Source: Patescibacteria group bacterium
Lineage (GTDB): Bacteria > Patescibacteriota > Patescibacteriia > 2-01-FULL-39-33
Reading direction: 5' to 3'
Assembly: GCA_041650895.1 (NCBI GenBank)
Contig: JBAZKF010000002.1
Span: forward strand, 152,425 to 170,272
DNA length: 17,848 nt
Shown: piece by piece, positions 1-7,769 of the stretch
How positions within the stretch are numbered: the first letter of the stretch is position 1
How the letters are laid out: each line of letters begins with the position of its first letter
The notes under the pieces: generated by a model
Database searches by the model: none
The model's input: the letters and a program-made list of their open reading frames with translations, nothing else
Told to the model about the DNA's origin: nothing
Position numbers and translations under genes: made by a program

Positions 1-2
1 TG

Positions 3-755
3 CTGGATCAGGGCAAGAAGTTTTTGGATTTGCTGAAAAAATTCGAAGTTGAGGAATTTCGGTTAATTGAGGATGATCCGATGCCGGAAGGCCAATATGA
101 CGTTTGTTTGGTTGAAGGCAATCCGGTGACCAAGGAGAATATCAAACTGCTTAAGGCCATGCGCGAACGTTCCAAATTTTTAATCGTTTTGGGTAACTGC
201 GCGGCGCTGGGCGGCGTTTGGGAAATTAAGAATTATCAGGATAAGAAAAAAACCATCAGGTATGTCTATCAGAACTCCGCCAAAGTGGAGAATCCTGATA
301 TCAAAGAAGTGGATAATTTTGTTGAAGTGGATTTGACTATTCCCGGCTGTCCCGTAACCGGTAGCGAGATGTTGGAGATGATTTATCAGCTTTTGTCCGG
401 CAAAATGCCGCGTCTTCCGCAAAGCCCGGTGTGTTGGGAATGCCAGACTAAGGGCTATGAATGCTTGTTGCAAAAAGGTATGATTTGTCTGGGGCCGATT
501 ACTTTGGGCGGCTGTCAGGCGGTTTGCCTGAAAAGCAAACAGCCGTGCTGGGGCTGTCGTGGGCTGTTTGAGGGCGCGCAAGTCAAGAATCATTTTAATT
601 ATTTGACGGCCAATTTCCCTCGTCAACAAGCTTATCGCGTGATGGAAGTTTTTGGCGTTCGCGACTCAATCTTAAAGTCATTGGTTAAAGGAAACAAAAC
701 AACTAAAGGATTAAGGAATAAAAAGGGAGGAATAAAGATAAATAAGAAAAAATAA
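3..755 (+). CDS. [NiFe]-hydrogenase small (electron-transfer) subunit, cytosolic group-3 type (delta-like); 5'-partial at window edge
   Basis: The frame is open from nt 3, so the N-terminal proximal-cluster CxxC region must lie upstream of the window (first in-frame ATG at 24). Small-subunit motifs are present: LVEGNP...LGNCAALGG, GCPVTGSEM, and a C-terminal Cys cluster CWEC...C...C...GGCQAVC...CWGC typical of the extra [4Fe-4S] clusters. It sits directly upstream of the large-subunit gene. The C-terminal tail is unusually Lys-rich (KGNKTTKGLRNKKGGIKINKKK). Confidence 0.75.
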   Translation: MDQGKKFLDLLKKFEVEEFRLIEDDPMPEGQYDVCLVEGNPVTKENIKLLKAMRERSKFLIVLGNCAALGGVWEIKNYQDKKKTIRYVYQNSAKVENPDIKEVDNFVEVDLTIPGCPVTGSEMLEMIYQLLSGKMPRLPQSPVCWECQTKGYECLLQKGMICLGPITLGGCQAVCLKSKQPCWGCRGLFEGAQVKNHFNYLTANFPRQQAYRVMEVFGVRDSILKSLVKGNKTTKGLRNKKGGIKINKKK

Positions 756-757
756 TT

Positions 758-1012
758 ATGTCAATAGAAACCAGAACCGGGACGGAGGAAGAATTAACAG
801 CTCGCAATAGAATGCAGAGAATGTTATTCGGTCAGTATTTGGCGGAGGGCAAGGTAAGCGAAACCGACCCCGAGACCATGAAAAAGATTTTTACGCAAGT
901 GAGTGATATCTTAGACGGTGATAATCCGGCTTACGACAGTATTCGCATCGCTTTCAAGTCCGGAGATTATGACGCTACGGTTTCCATGTTAAAGACTGTT
1001 GTTGAATTGTAA
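758..1012 (+). CDS. hypothetical small acidic protein (84 aa) encoded between hydrogenase small and large subunit genes
   Basis: ORF from the six-frame track. Its ATG lies 2 nt after the small-subunit stop, and it ends 12 nt before the large-subunit ATG, an operon-like tight packing. No Cys and no recognisable domain. Coding status rests on position and length only. Confidence 0.45.
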   Translation: MSIETRTGTEEELTARNRMQRMLFGQYLAEGKVSETDPETMKKIFTQVSDILDGDNPAYDSIRIAFKSGDYDATVSMLKTVVEL

Positions 1013-1024
1013 ATATTTTAGTTT

Positions 1025-2323
1025 ATGCAAATAAAAGTCAATCACATCGGCAAAATGGAGGGGCACTCCGATTTTGTGGCCGAAATCATTAAGGGCAAAG
1101 TGTCTTCGGCTAAGGTAATGACTACCGAAGGCGCGCGTTTGATCGAGGGCATTTTGGTCGGCCGGAATTTTGATGAAGCGCCGATTATTACCGCCCGCAT
1201 CTGCGGTATCTGTCCGGTGGTGCATAAGATTTCTTCGGTCAAGTCATTGGAGAATGCCTTAAATATCAAGCCGAGCGAGCAGACAATCAAATTGAGAAAA
1301 GCCATGCTGTGCGCTCAACTGATCCACAGCCACGCTTTGCATTTGTTTTTTTTGTCTTTGCCGGACTTTTTTGACATCACTAATGATTTACAGTTCATCG
1401 GCCAATATAAAAAAGAAACCGAGAGCGCTATTCGAGTGCGCGATTGGGCGCTGAAGACAATTGAAGTCATCGGTGGCAGAGCGGTGCATCCTATCGCCTG
1501 CGAAGTCGGCGGATTCAAGGTTTTGCCGGAAAAGTCCGAGTTGGCTGAGTTGGCCGGCCGTTATCAGTCAGTCCTAAAAGACGCCTTGGTTCTGGTTAAT
1601 ATGGCGCTGAAAATCAATTTGCCCAGATTCAGCCGTCCCACAACTTTTGTGGCCTTAACTCAGGGTGATGAATATGCCTATTATGGTGGCGACTTGAAGG
1701 TGTTATATCCCGGTGGCAAGACTAAGACGATCAAAGCCAAGGATTTTACTAAGAATATTAAGGAGATTGAGGAACCGTATCGCGCCGCTAAGTCGGCCAA
1801 GCTGGACGGCAAACCGTTTATGGTTGGCGCTTTGGCGCGGATAAACATTAATCATGACAAATTAAATCCTTTGGCAGCTGGAATATTCAAGAGTTTAAAG
1901 TGGCGCTTGCCCCAGTACAACACTTTTAATAATATTATTTGCCAGGCAGTAGAGATAGTCCATTTTACGGAAGAATTAGACCGCTTGCTGGAGGAGCTGT
2001 CGACAGAGTTAAAGCCGGAAGCAAGCCGAGGTCAAGAGCTTAGTCTTATTGCCCGCGCCAATCCGTTGAGTCGAGTCACTGCCGGCGTTGACGCTTGCGA
2101 GGCGCCGCGTGGGACGCTGTATCATTCTTACAAATTAGATAAAAACGGATTGATTACCGATTGCCAGATCATTACTCCGACCGTGTCTTTCTTGAAAAAT
2201 TTGGAGGCGGACATCAAGCAATATTTGCCGGGAATAAAAGATATGCCGGAGAAAAAGCGCGCCATTAGGATTCGCGCCCTGATTCGCGCCTATGATCCGT
2301 GCATTGCCTGCGCCACTCATTAA
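1025..2323 (+). CDS. [NiFe]-hydrogenase large (catalytic) subunit
   Basis: N-terminal L1 motif RICGICPVVH (RxCGxCxxxH) and C-terminal L2 motif DPCIACATH (DPCxxCxxH) are both present. At 432 aa the length fits cytosolic group-3 enzymes. The protein stops immediately after the L2 histidine. Confidence 0.9.
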   Translation: MQIKVNHIGKMEGHSDFVAEIIKGKVSSAKVMTTEGARLIEGILVGRNFDEAPIITARICGICPVVHKISSVKSLENALNIKPSEQTIKLRKAMLCAQLIHSHALHLFFLSLPDFFDITNDLQFIGQYKKETESAIRVRDWALKTIEVIGGRAVHPIACEVGGFKVLPEKSELAELAGRYQSVLKDALVLVNMALKINLPRFSRPTTFVALTQGDEYAYYGGDLKVLYPGGKTKTIKAKDFTKNIKEIEEPYRAAKSAKLDGKPFMVGALARININHDKLNPLAAGIFKSLKWRLPQYNTFNNIICQAVEIVHFTEELDRLLEELSTELKPEASRGQELSLIARANPLSRVTAGVDACEAPRGTLYHSYKLDKNGLITDCQIITPTVSFLKNLEADIKQYLPGIKDMPEKKRAIRIRALIRAYDPCIACATH

Positions 2324-2364
2324 TTTTGCAGATTGAATCATAATTAACAAAAACTAAAACAGAT

Positions 2365-2619
2365 ATGCATGATTTTCATTTGGCTGACACGATCTATAAA
2401 GCGATTATCCAGGAAGCCGAAAAAAACAATTTAAAAAAAATCACCAAAGCGGTGATTGAGCTGGGGAGTATTGTGGAACATGGCGAGGAGGTTTTGCCGG
2501 CTAATTTGGATTTTAACATAAAGATGTTAGCAGAGGGAGGGAAAGCGGACGGCTTAAATATTGAAATTGGTAGGTCGTCGGGTAATGAGTGGGTACTTAA
2601 GGAGATCGAAGGGGAGTAA
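2365..2619 (+). CDS. hypA: HypA-like hydrogenase Ni-insertion metallochaperone, truncated variant without the Zn-finger domain
   Basis: Starts with MHD, compared with the canonical HypA N-terminal Ni-binding MHE. The helix-rich N-domain ...KITKAVIELGSI... resembles HypA. The C-terminus GNEWVLKEIEGE aligns to the E. coli HypA C-terminus GDSLIVKSIEVE. It is only 84 aa and has no cysteines, so the CxxC...CxxC Zn module is absent. Confidence 0.5.
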   Translation: MHDFHLADTIYKAIIQEAEKNNLKKITKAVIELGSIVEHGEEVLPANLDFNIKMLAEGGKADGLNIEIGRSSGNEWVLKEIEGE

Positions 2620-2654
2620 TTTTGTTAAATAAAAAACCGCCGTGTATATGTAAA

Positions 2655-2692
2655 TTTTCAACACTTCACACAGCTGTGTGAAGTGTTGAAAA
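2655..2692. repeat. 38-bp perfect palindrome TTTTCAACACTTCACACAG|CTGTGTGAAGTGTTGAAAA (19-bp arms, no spacer), likely an operator or strong hairpin between the hydrogenase module and pgk
   Basis: Read directly: the left arm 2655-2673 is the exact reverse complement of 2674-2692. It contains TTCACA/TGTGAA half-sites. Its right arm overlaps the putative pgk -35. Confidence 0.9.
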
Positions 2693-2714
2693 CAGCTAAA
2701 ATTACAAATATAAA
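2686..2714 (+). promoter_or_regulatory. putative sigma70-type promoter for pgk (TTGAAA-17-TATAAA), near-leaderless
   Basis: TTGAAA at 2686-2691, a 17-nt spacer, TATAAA at 2709-2714. The pgk ATG at 2726 is about 5 nt from the predicted start site, and no SD is present. Confidence 0.45.
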
Positions 2715-2725
2715 TAGTTTCAGTT

Positions 2726-3904
2726 ATGAAGATAAAATCAATCCGACAAGCAAATAGTCTCAAAGGAAAAAAGGTGCTCATGCGCGCTGATTTTAATGTG
2801 CCTATAACTAAAAATGGCAAAGTTGGACAAAGCGAGGATTTCCGTATTGTCCGAACTGCGCCGACTATCCAGTATTTAATTAAAAAAGGCGCCAAGATAA
2901 TCATTATGGCGCACCTGGGCCGACCGGAAGGAAAAGTTAACCTTAAATATAGTCTGAAGCCGGTGGCCAAAAGATTGTCGCAAATAATCAAGCAGCCGGT
3001 CAAATTGTCGCCGGAAATAATCGGCGTTAAGACTGATAAATTAATCAGTCAGATGAAAAACGGCGAAGTACTATTGTTAGAAAATATCAGGTTTGATAAG
3101 CGCGAGGAACAAGCGAATAATAATTTTGCCCGGGAGCTGGCGAGTTTGGGCGATCTTTATGTTAATGACGGTTTTGCCGTTTCTCATCGTGACCAGGTAT
3201 CGGTTTCTGTTATTCAAGATTTTCTGCCGTCTTATGCGGGATTATTGTTGGAAGATGAAATAAAGTATTTGGGCGGTGTTTTGAAAAATCCTAAGAAGCC
3301 GCTAGTGGTGATTATTGGTGGCGCCAAGATTTCCACTAAGATCAGGGTAATCAAGAATTTTGCCAAGGTGGCGAAGCGGATTTTACTGGGTGGCGCGTTG
3401 GCCAATACGGTGCTGAAAGTTATGGGCGTGTCGGTGGGTAAATCGCCGATTGAGCCGGAAATGTTCGGCGAGGTTAAGAAATTCAAATTGACTGATAATA
3501 ATATTGTAGTGCCGGTTGACGGCGTGATGGCCAATAATTTTAACGCCAAGAAGGGGAGGATGGATGCCTTAGCCGATATTAAGCCGGAAGAATTGATTCT
3601 GGATATCGGACCGGATACTGTAAAACTATATGAAAATATCTTAAAATCGGCTAAAATGGTTATGTGGAATGGGCCGATGGGTTTAATAGAAAACCCGGTC
3701 TTTGCCCGGGGCACTAGGAGCTTGATCAGGATTTTGGCTGGTTCCAAGGCCCAAACCATTGTCGGGGGTGGAGAAACGGTGCAAATGATTCGTAAAATGA
3801 AATTAGAAAATAAATTCAGTTTTATTTCGACCGGCGGGGGAGCGATGTTGGAGTTTTTGGAAGGCAAGAAATTGCCGGGACTTAAAAAATTAGTCAGCAG
3901 ATAA
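2726..3904 (+). CDS. pgk: phosphoglycerate kinase
   Basis: 392 aa with the typical PGK N-terminus (KKVLMRADFNVP, AHLGRP) and a full-length match to the PGK fold. Glycolytic context. Confidence 0.95.
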   Translation: MKIKSIRQANSLKGKKVLMRADFNVPITKNGKVGQSEDFRIVRTAPTIQYLIKKGAKIIIMAHLGRPEGKVNLKYSLKPVAKRLSQIIKQPVKLSPEIIGVKTDKLISQMKNGEVLLLENIRFDKREEQANNNFARELASLGDLYVNDGFAVSHRDQVSVSVIQDFLPSYAGLLLEDEIKYLGGVLKNPKKPLVVIIGGAKISTKIRVIKNFAKVAKRILLGGALANTVLKVMGVSVGKSPIEPEMFGEVKKFKLTDNNIVVPVDGVMANNFNAKKGRMDALADIKPEELILDIGPDTVKLYENILKSAKMVMWNGPMGLIENPVFARGTRSLIRILAGSKAQTIVGGGETVQMIRKMKLENKFSFISTGGGAMLEFLEGKKLPGLKKLVSR

Positions 3905-3925
3905 TAATTAATAATAACAAAAAAT

Positions 3926-4723
3926 ATGGAAGAACAAAAAACATGTTGTACAACTAATGGCATGCACAAATGCCATTGTGCCAAACATATCGTTTTAGCG
4001 ATTTTGGCTGTCGTTTTAATCGTTTATGTCGGCGTCCTAACGCGCAATGCCTGGCGCACTTATGATTATATCGGCAAGTCGCCGGATATGATTAATCAGA
4101 TTACTGTTACCGGCACAGCCAAGGTCAGCGTTACACCCGATATCGCCGTGCTTTATCTGGGCGTTATCAACGAGGGCGCGACGGTCAATCTGGCGCAAAA
4201 AGGCGTGACCGACAAAATGAATGCGATTATTGATTCGCTCAAGAAAGAGTTTAAAATTGACGCCAAAGATATCAAGACGGAAAATTATAGCGTTAATCCC
4301 AAGTATGATTGGACTGACGGCAGGCAACGGATAATCGGTTATTCCGCCAACCAAAGCGTTACTGTTAAAGTCAGGGATTTTGATAAGACCGGGGATATTC
4401 TGGCCAAGGCCACCGAACTCGGCGCTAACACAGTGTCCGGGCCGACTTTTTCTATTGATGATCCGGAAAAAGCCAAAGCCGAAGCGCGAGAAAAGGCCAT
4501 CGCCCAAGCCAAAGAAAAAGCAAGAATATTGGCTGATCAGGTCGGCATTAAATTGGGCCGGATTATTAATTTTTATGAAGGCGGAACAGAATTGCCGAAT
4601 GCAATCTATAGCCGTAGCGACCTGGCTGTCGGCGCCGGCGAGATGAAAGCGGCAGCTCCGACGATTGAACCGGGTAGTCAGGATGTTCAATTGACAGTCA
4701 GTATCAGCTATGAAATAAATTAG
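3926..4723 (+). CDS. SIMPL-domain (DUF541 / BP26-like) membrane-anchored protein with Cys/His-rich N-terminus
   Basis: N-terminal CCTTNGMHKCHCAKH, then one TM helix (IVLAILAVVLIVYVGVL), then the SIMPL-domain pattern (VTGTAKVSVTPD...YSANQSVTVKV...TVSISYEI). Confidence 0.7.
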   Translation: MEEQKTCCTTNGMHKCHCAKHIVLAILAVVLIVYVGVLTRNAWRTYDYIGKSPDMINQITVTGTAKVSVTPDIAVLYLGVINEGATVNLAQKGVTDKMNAIIDSLKKEFKIDAKDIKTENYSVNPKYDWTDGRQRIIGYSANQSVTVKVRDFDKTGDILAKATELGANTVSGPTFSIDDPEKAKAEAREKAIAQAKEKARILADQVGIKLGRIINFYEGGTELPNAIYSRSDLAVGAGEMKAAAPTIEPGSQDVQLTVSISYEIN

Positions 4724-4730
4724 TAATCTT

Positions 4731-5990
4731 ATGACAAAAATAAAGTCCGTTAAGGCGCGAGAAATTTTGGATTCGCGTGGCAATCCAACGGTAGAGGTTG
4801 AGGTGTGCTTGGATAATGGCAAAAAAGCTTGGGCTGGAGTGCCCTCCGGAGCCTCTACGGGCTCGCGTGAAGCCTTGGAACTTCGGGATGGCGATAAACG
4901 GCGATATGGTGGCCAAGGCGTACTTAAGGCCGTAAAAAATATCAACACGGTTATTGCGCCGAAGTTAATAGGATTGGATCCGGCCAAGCAGAAAGAAATT
5001 GACGAACTGATGCTTAAGTTGGACGGTACGGAAAATAAATCCAAGTTAGGCGCTAATGCTATTTTAGGAGTTTCTATGGCAGTGGCGCGTGTTGCGGCTT
5101 TTAGTCAGAACAAATCGCTTTACGTTTATCTTCACAAAAAATATTGGAACAGCAGTAGAATGTCTTTCCCGGTGCCAATGATGAATATTATGAATGGCGG
5201 CGCGCACGCCGGCTGGTCAATTGATATTCAGGAGTTCATGGTGATGCCGCAACAAAAGAATATTAAGGAAGCGATTCGTTGTGGTGCAGAGATTTTCCAT
5301 GTTCTTAAGAAACTTTTGGCTAAAGCCGGTTACCCAGTAACGGTTGGCGATGAAGGCGGTTATGCTCCCAAGCTGACCGGCAATGAAAAGGCCATGGGAT
5401 TGATTGTTTCTGCTATTAGGGGGAGTGGTTATAAACCGGGCCAAGACGTCAGGATAGCTATTGATTCGGCCGCCTCGGAGTTTTTTGATGATAAAGACAA
5501 ACATTATGACATGAAAGCCGATAAGAAAACCAGAACTTCAAAAGAGATGATCAAAATGTACGGCGAATGGATTAAGAAATATCCGATTGAGTCATTGGAA
5601 GACGGTTTGGCTGAAGGGGATTGGCAGGGTTGGGCGGATTTGACTCAGGCCTTGGGCAGGAGGGTTGCTTTGGTTGGCGATGATTTGTTTGTGACTAATT
5701 CCAAAATTCTTCAGGAAGGCATTAATAAGAAAGTGGCCAATGCCATTTTAATCAAATTAAATCAAATTGGCACCCTGACAGAAACAGTAGAGGCGATGAA
5801 ACTGGCGCAAAAAAATAATTATAAGCTGGCGGTCAGTCATAGGAGCGGTGAAACTCCTGATGATTTTATCGCCGATTTGGCCGTAGCTTCTGGCGCCGAG
5901 TACATTAAAACCGGATCGCTTAGCCGGGGTGAAAGAGTCGCTAAGTATAACCGTTTGATGGAAATCTGGGATGAGATGGGTAAAAAATAA
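4731..5990 (+). CDS. eno: enolase (phosphopyruvate hydratase)
   Basis: MTKIKSVKAREILDSRGNPTVEVEV..., SHRSGETEDxFIADLAV-type motif (SHRSGETPDDFIADLAV), 419 aa. Confidence 0.95.
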   Translation: MTKIKSVKAREILDSRGNPTVEVEVCLDNGKKAWAGVPSGASTGSREALELRDGDKRRYGGQGVLKAVKNINTVIAPKLIGLDPAKQKEIDELMLKLDGTENKSKLGANAILGVSMAVARVAAFSQNKSLYVYLHKKYWNSSRMSFPVPMMNIMNGGAHAGWSIDIQEFMVMPQQKNIKEAIRCGAEIFHVLKKLLAKAGYPVTVGDEGGYAPKLTGNEKAMGLIVSAIRGSGYKPGQDVRIAIDSAASEFFDDKDKHYDMKADKKTRTSKEMIKMYGEWIKKYPIESLEDGLAEGDWQGWADLTQALGRRVALVGDDLFVTNSKILQEGINKKVANAILIKLNQIGTLTETVEAMKLAQKNNYKLAVSHRSGETPDDFIADLAVASGAEYIKTGSLSRGERVAKYNRLMEIWDEMGKK

Positions 5991-6006
5991 TTATAGAATA
6001 GGCAAA

Positions 6007-6037
6007 GCACCCGGATTATTCGGGTGTTTTGTGTTTT
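6007..6037 (+). terminator. Rho-independent terminator downstream of eno
   Basis: GC stem CACCCG/CGGGTG around a short loop, followed by TTTTGTGTTTT. Confidence 0.6.
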
Positions 6038-6188
6038 AAAAGGAAATGTGTTATAATAATTTAAGAATTTATTGTTTTTAACTGTTTACTTTTAAGTAAT
6101 TTTCAGCAATTTTACTTGAAAGTTTTTACGTTATAATCTTTGTTATTTAGTGTTTTAAAATTGAAAGTTCTGGCTTTTAGGCCACTTT

Positions 6189-7766
6189 ATGCCTGTAAAA
6201 TCTAAAAAATCACAAAAAACAGAAATCGCTAAAAAAGTTCTTTTGCTCATATTAGACGGTTGGGGAATCGGCAAAGAAGACGGTTCCAATCCGATTTTTT
6301 TAGCTAAACCGAAGTTTATCAATTCTTTGTATAAGAAGTATCCCTGGACGGAATTATGCGCGTCCGGACTTTGCGTCGGTTTGCCGCCAGACCAGGTGGG
6401 AAACTCTGAAGCCGGCCACATGAACTTGGGAGCCGGACGCATTGCCGATCAGGACGTGATTAAGATTTCCAAACACATCGGTACTGGCGAATTTTTCAAG
6501 AACCCCGCTTTTTTGGCGGCTATTAATCACGCCAAAAAGAATAAAACCGCTTTGCATTTGATGGGTATGCTGTCTAACGGCCAGAGTCCCCACAGCGATC
6601 CTGATCATCTTTTGGCTTTACTGACCTTAGTGCGCAAGCATGAGTTAAAAAAAGTTTATTTGCATTTATTTACCGATGGTCGCGATTCACCGCCTATGTC
6701 GGCCTTGAAATCCATCATGGCTTTGGAGCGTTCGCTTAAACCCAATGAGATCATCTCTACGGTTATCGGTCGGTTTTACGCCATGGATCGCAAGAAAGTC
6801 TGGACCAGGACTATCGCGGCTTACAACGCCATGACCGACGGCCGGGATGCGCATTATGCTGACAGTCCTCAGGCCGGCATCGACCGCGCTTACAATGCTA
6901 ATATATCCGATGAATTCATCGAGCCTATTGTCATTAGGCAAAAAGGAAAAATGACGCCGCGTATCAGCGATAATGACGCCATTATTTTCTTTAATTTGCG
7001 CAGCGATCGCGCCAGGCAAATGGCCAAGCCGTTTGTCCAGCATCAATTTGAAGAAAAGAATCCAGGGTTTGTTAAGCGTAAACGAGTATTGCGTAATGTT
7101 TCCTTTGTGGCTATGACTGATTTCGGACCGGATTTGGATAGTATTCTGACCGCTTATCCTTCGGAAGATTTAAAAAACACCTTGCCTATAGTGTTGAAGA
7201 ACAAGAAGCAGATTTATATCGCCGAGAGCGAGAAATACGCTCATGTGACTTTCTTTTTTAATGGTGGTTATGCTGATCCGGTGGGCGGTGAAGAAAGAAT
7301 TAATATTCCTTCGCCTCATGTGGATAGATACGACAAGACGCCGGCTATGTCCACCAAAGGAATAACCAGCAGAATTATTGCTTCATTAAGAAAATACGAT
7401 TTTATCTGCGCCAACATCGCTTGTCCTGATATGATCGGCCACACCGGCAATATGGAAGCGGCGCAAGAAACAGTTAAGGCTGTTGATAAATACGTCAAGC
7501 AAATCGTGGCGGCCGCGCTTAAGAATGATGCCGTGTTGCTCATCACTGCCGATCATGGCAATATAGAATACAAACTCAATTTGGAAACAGGGGAGAGGTT
7601 GACCGAACATACCACTAACCCAGTGCCATTTATTGTTGTAGGTGGCAGTTTCGGCAAGTCGCTAAAATTAAAGCGCGATGGCGTTTTGGGTGATGTCGCC
7701 CCTACTGTTATTAAACTGTTCGGTTTAAATAAACCCAAGGGAATGAGTAAGAATAGCTTGATTTAA
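6189..7766 (+). CDS. gpmI: 2,3-bisphosphoglycerate-independent phosphoglycerate mutase (iPGM), paralog 1 (more diverged)
   Basis: LILDGWG, GNSEAGHMNLGAG (active-site Ser retained), DGRD, GRFYAMDR, FNLRSDRAR, EKYAHVTFFFNGG, DMIGHTGN and ITADHGN motifs. The GGVHSH region is altered to GQSPHS. Confidence 0.9.
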   Translation: MPVKSKKSQKTEIAKKVLLLILDGWGIGKEDGSNPIFLAKPKFINSLYKKYPWTELCASGLCVGLPPDQVGNSEAGHMNLGAGRIADQDVIKISKHIGTGEFFKNPAFLAAINHAKKNKTALHLMGMLSNGQSPHSDPDHLLALLTLVRKHELKKVYLHLFTDGRDSPPMSALKSIMALERSLKPNEIISTVIGRFYAMDRKKVWTRTIAAYNAMTDGRDAHYADSPQAGIDRAYNANISDEFIEPIVIRQKGKMTPRISDNDAIIFFNLRSDRARQMAKPFVQHQFEEKNPGFVKRKRVLRNVSFVAMTDFGPDLDSILTAYPSEDLKNTLPIVLKNKKQIYIAESEKYAHVTFFFNGGYADPVGGEERINIPSPHVDRYDKTPAMSTKGITSRIIASLRKYDFICANIACPDMIGHTGNMEAAQETVKAVDKYVKQIVAAALKNDAVLLITADHGNIEYKLNLETGERLTEHTTNPVPFIVVGGSFGKSLKLKRDGVLGDVAPTVIKLFGLNKPKGMSKNSLI

Positions 7767-7769
7767 ATT

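Noticed and set aside
180-629. 149-aa minus-strand ORF inside the hydrogenase small-subunit gene. Also the similar long antisense ORFs 2554-3003(-), 3232-3984(-), 4037-5044(-), 5217-5504(-), 6687-7046(-), 8172-8636(-), 10433-10708(-) and 12193-12552(-).
   Set aside because: Each lies fully antisense to, or within, a gene with strong family-level motifs on the + strand. None has a family signature. These are typical shadow ORFs.
4380-4646. 88-aa + strand alternative-frame ORF inside the SIMPL gene, plus the similar ORFs 10389-10688(+), 8311-8499(+), 11287-11475(+) and 15879-16145(+).
   Set aside because: These are embedded out-of-frame within well-supported genes and give basic, low-complexity translations with no start signals.
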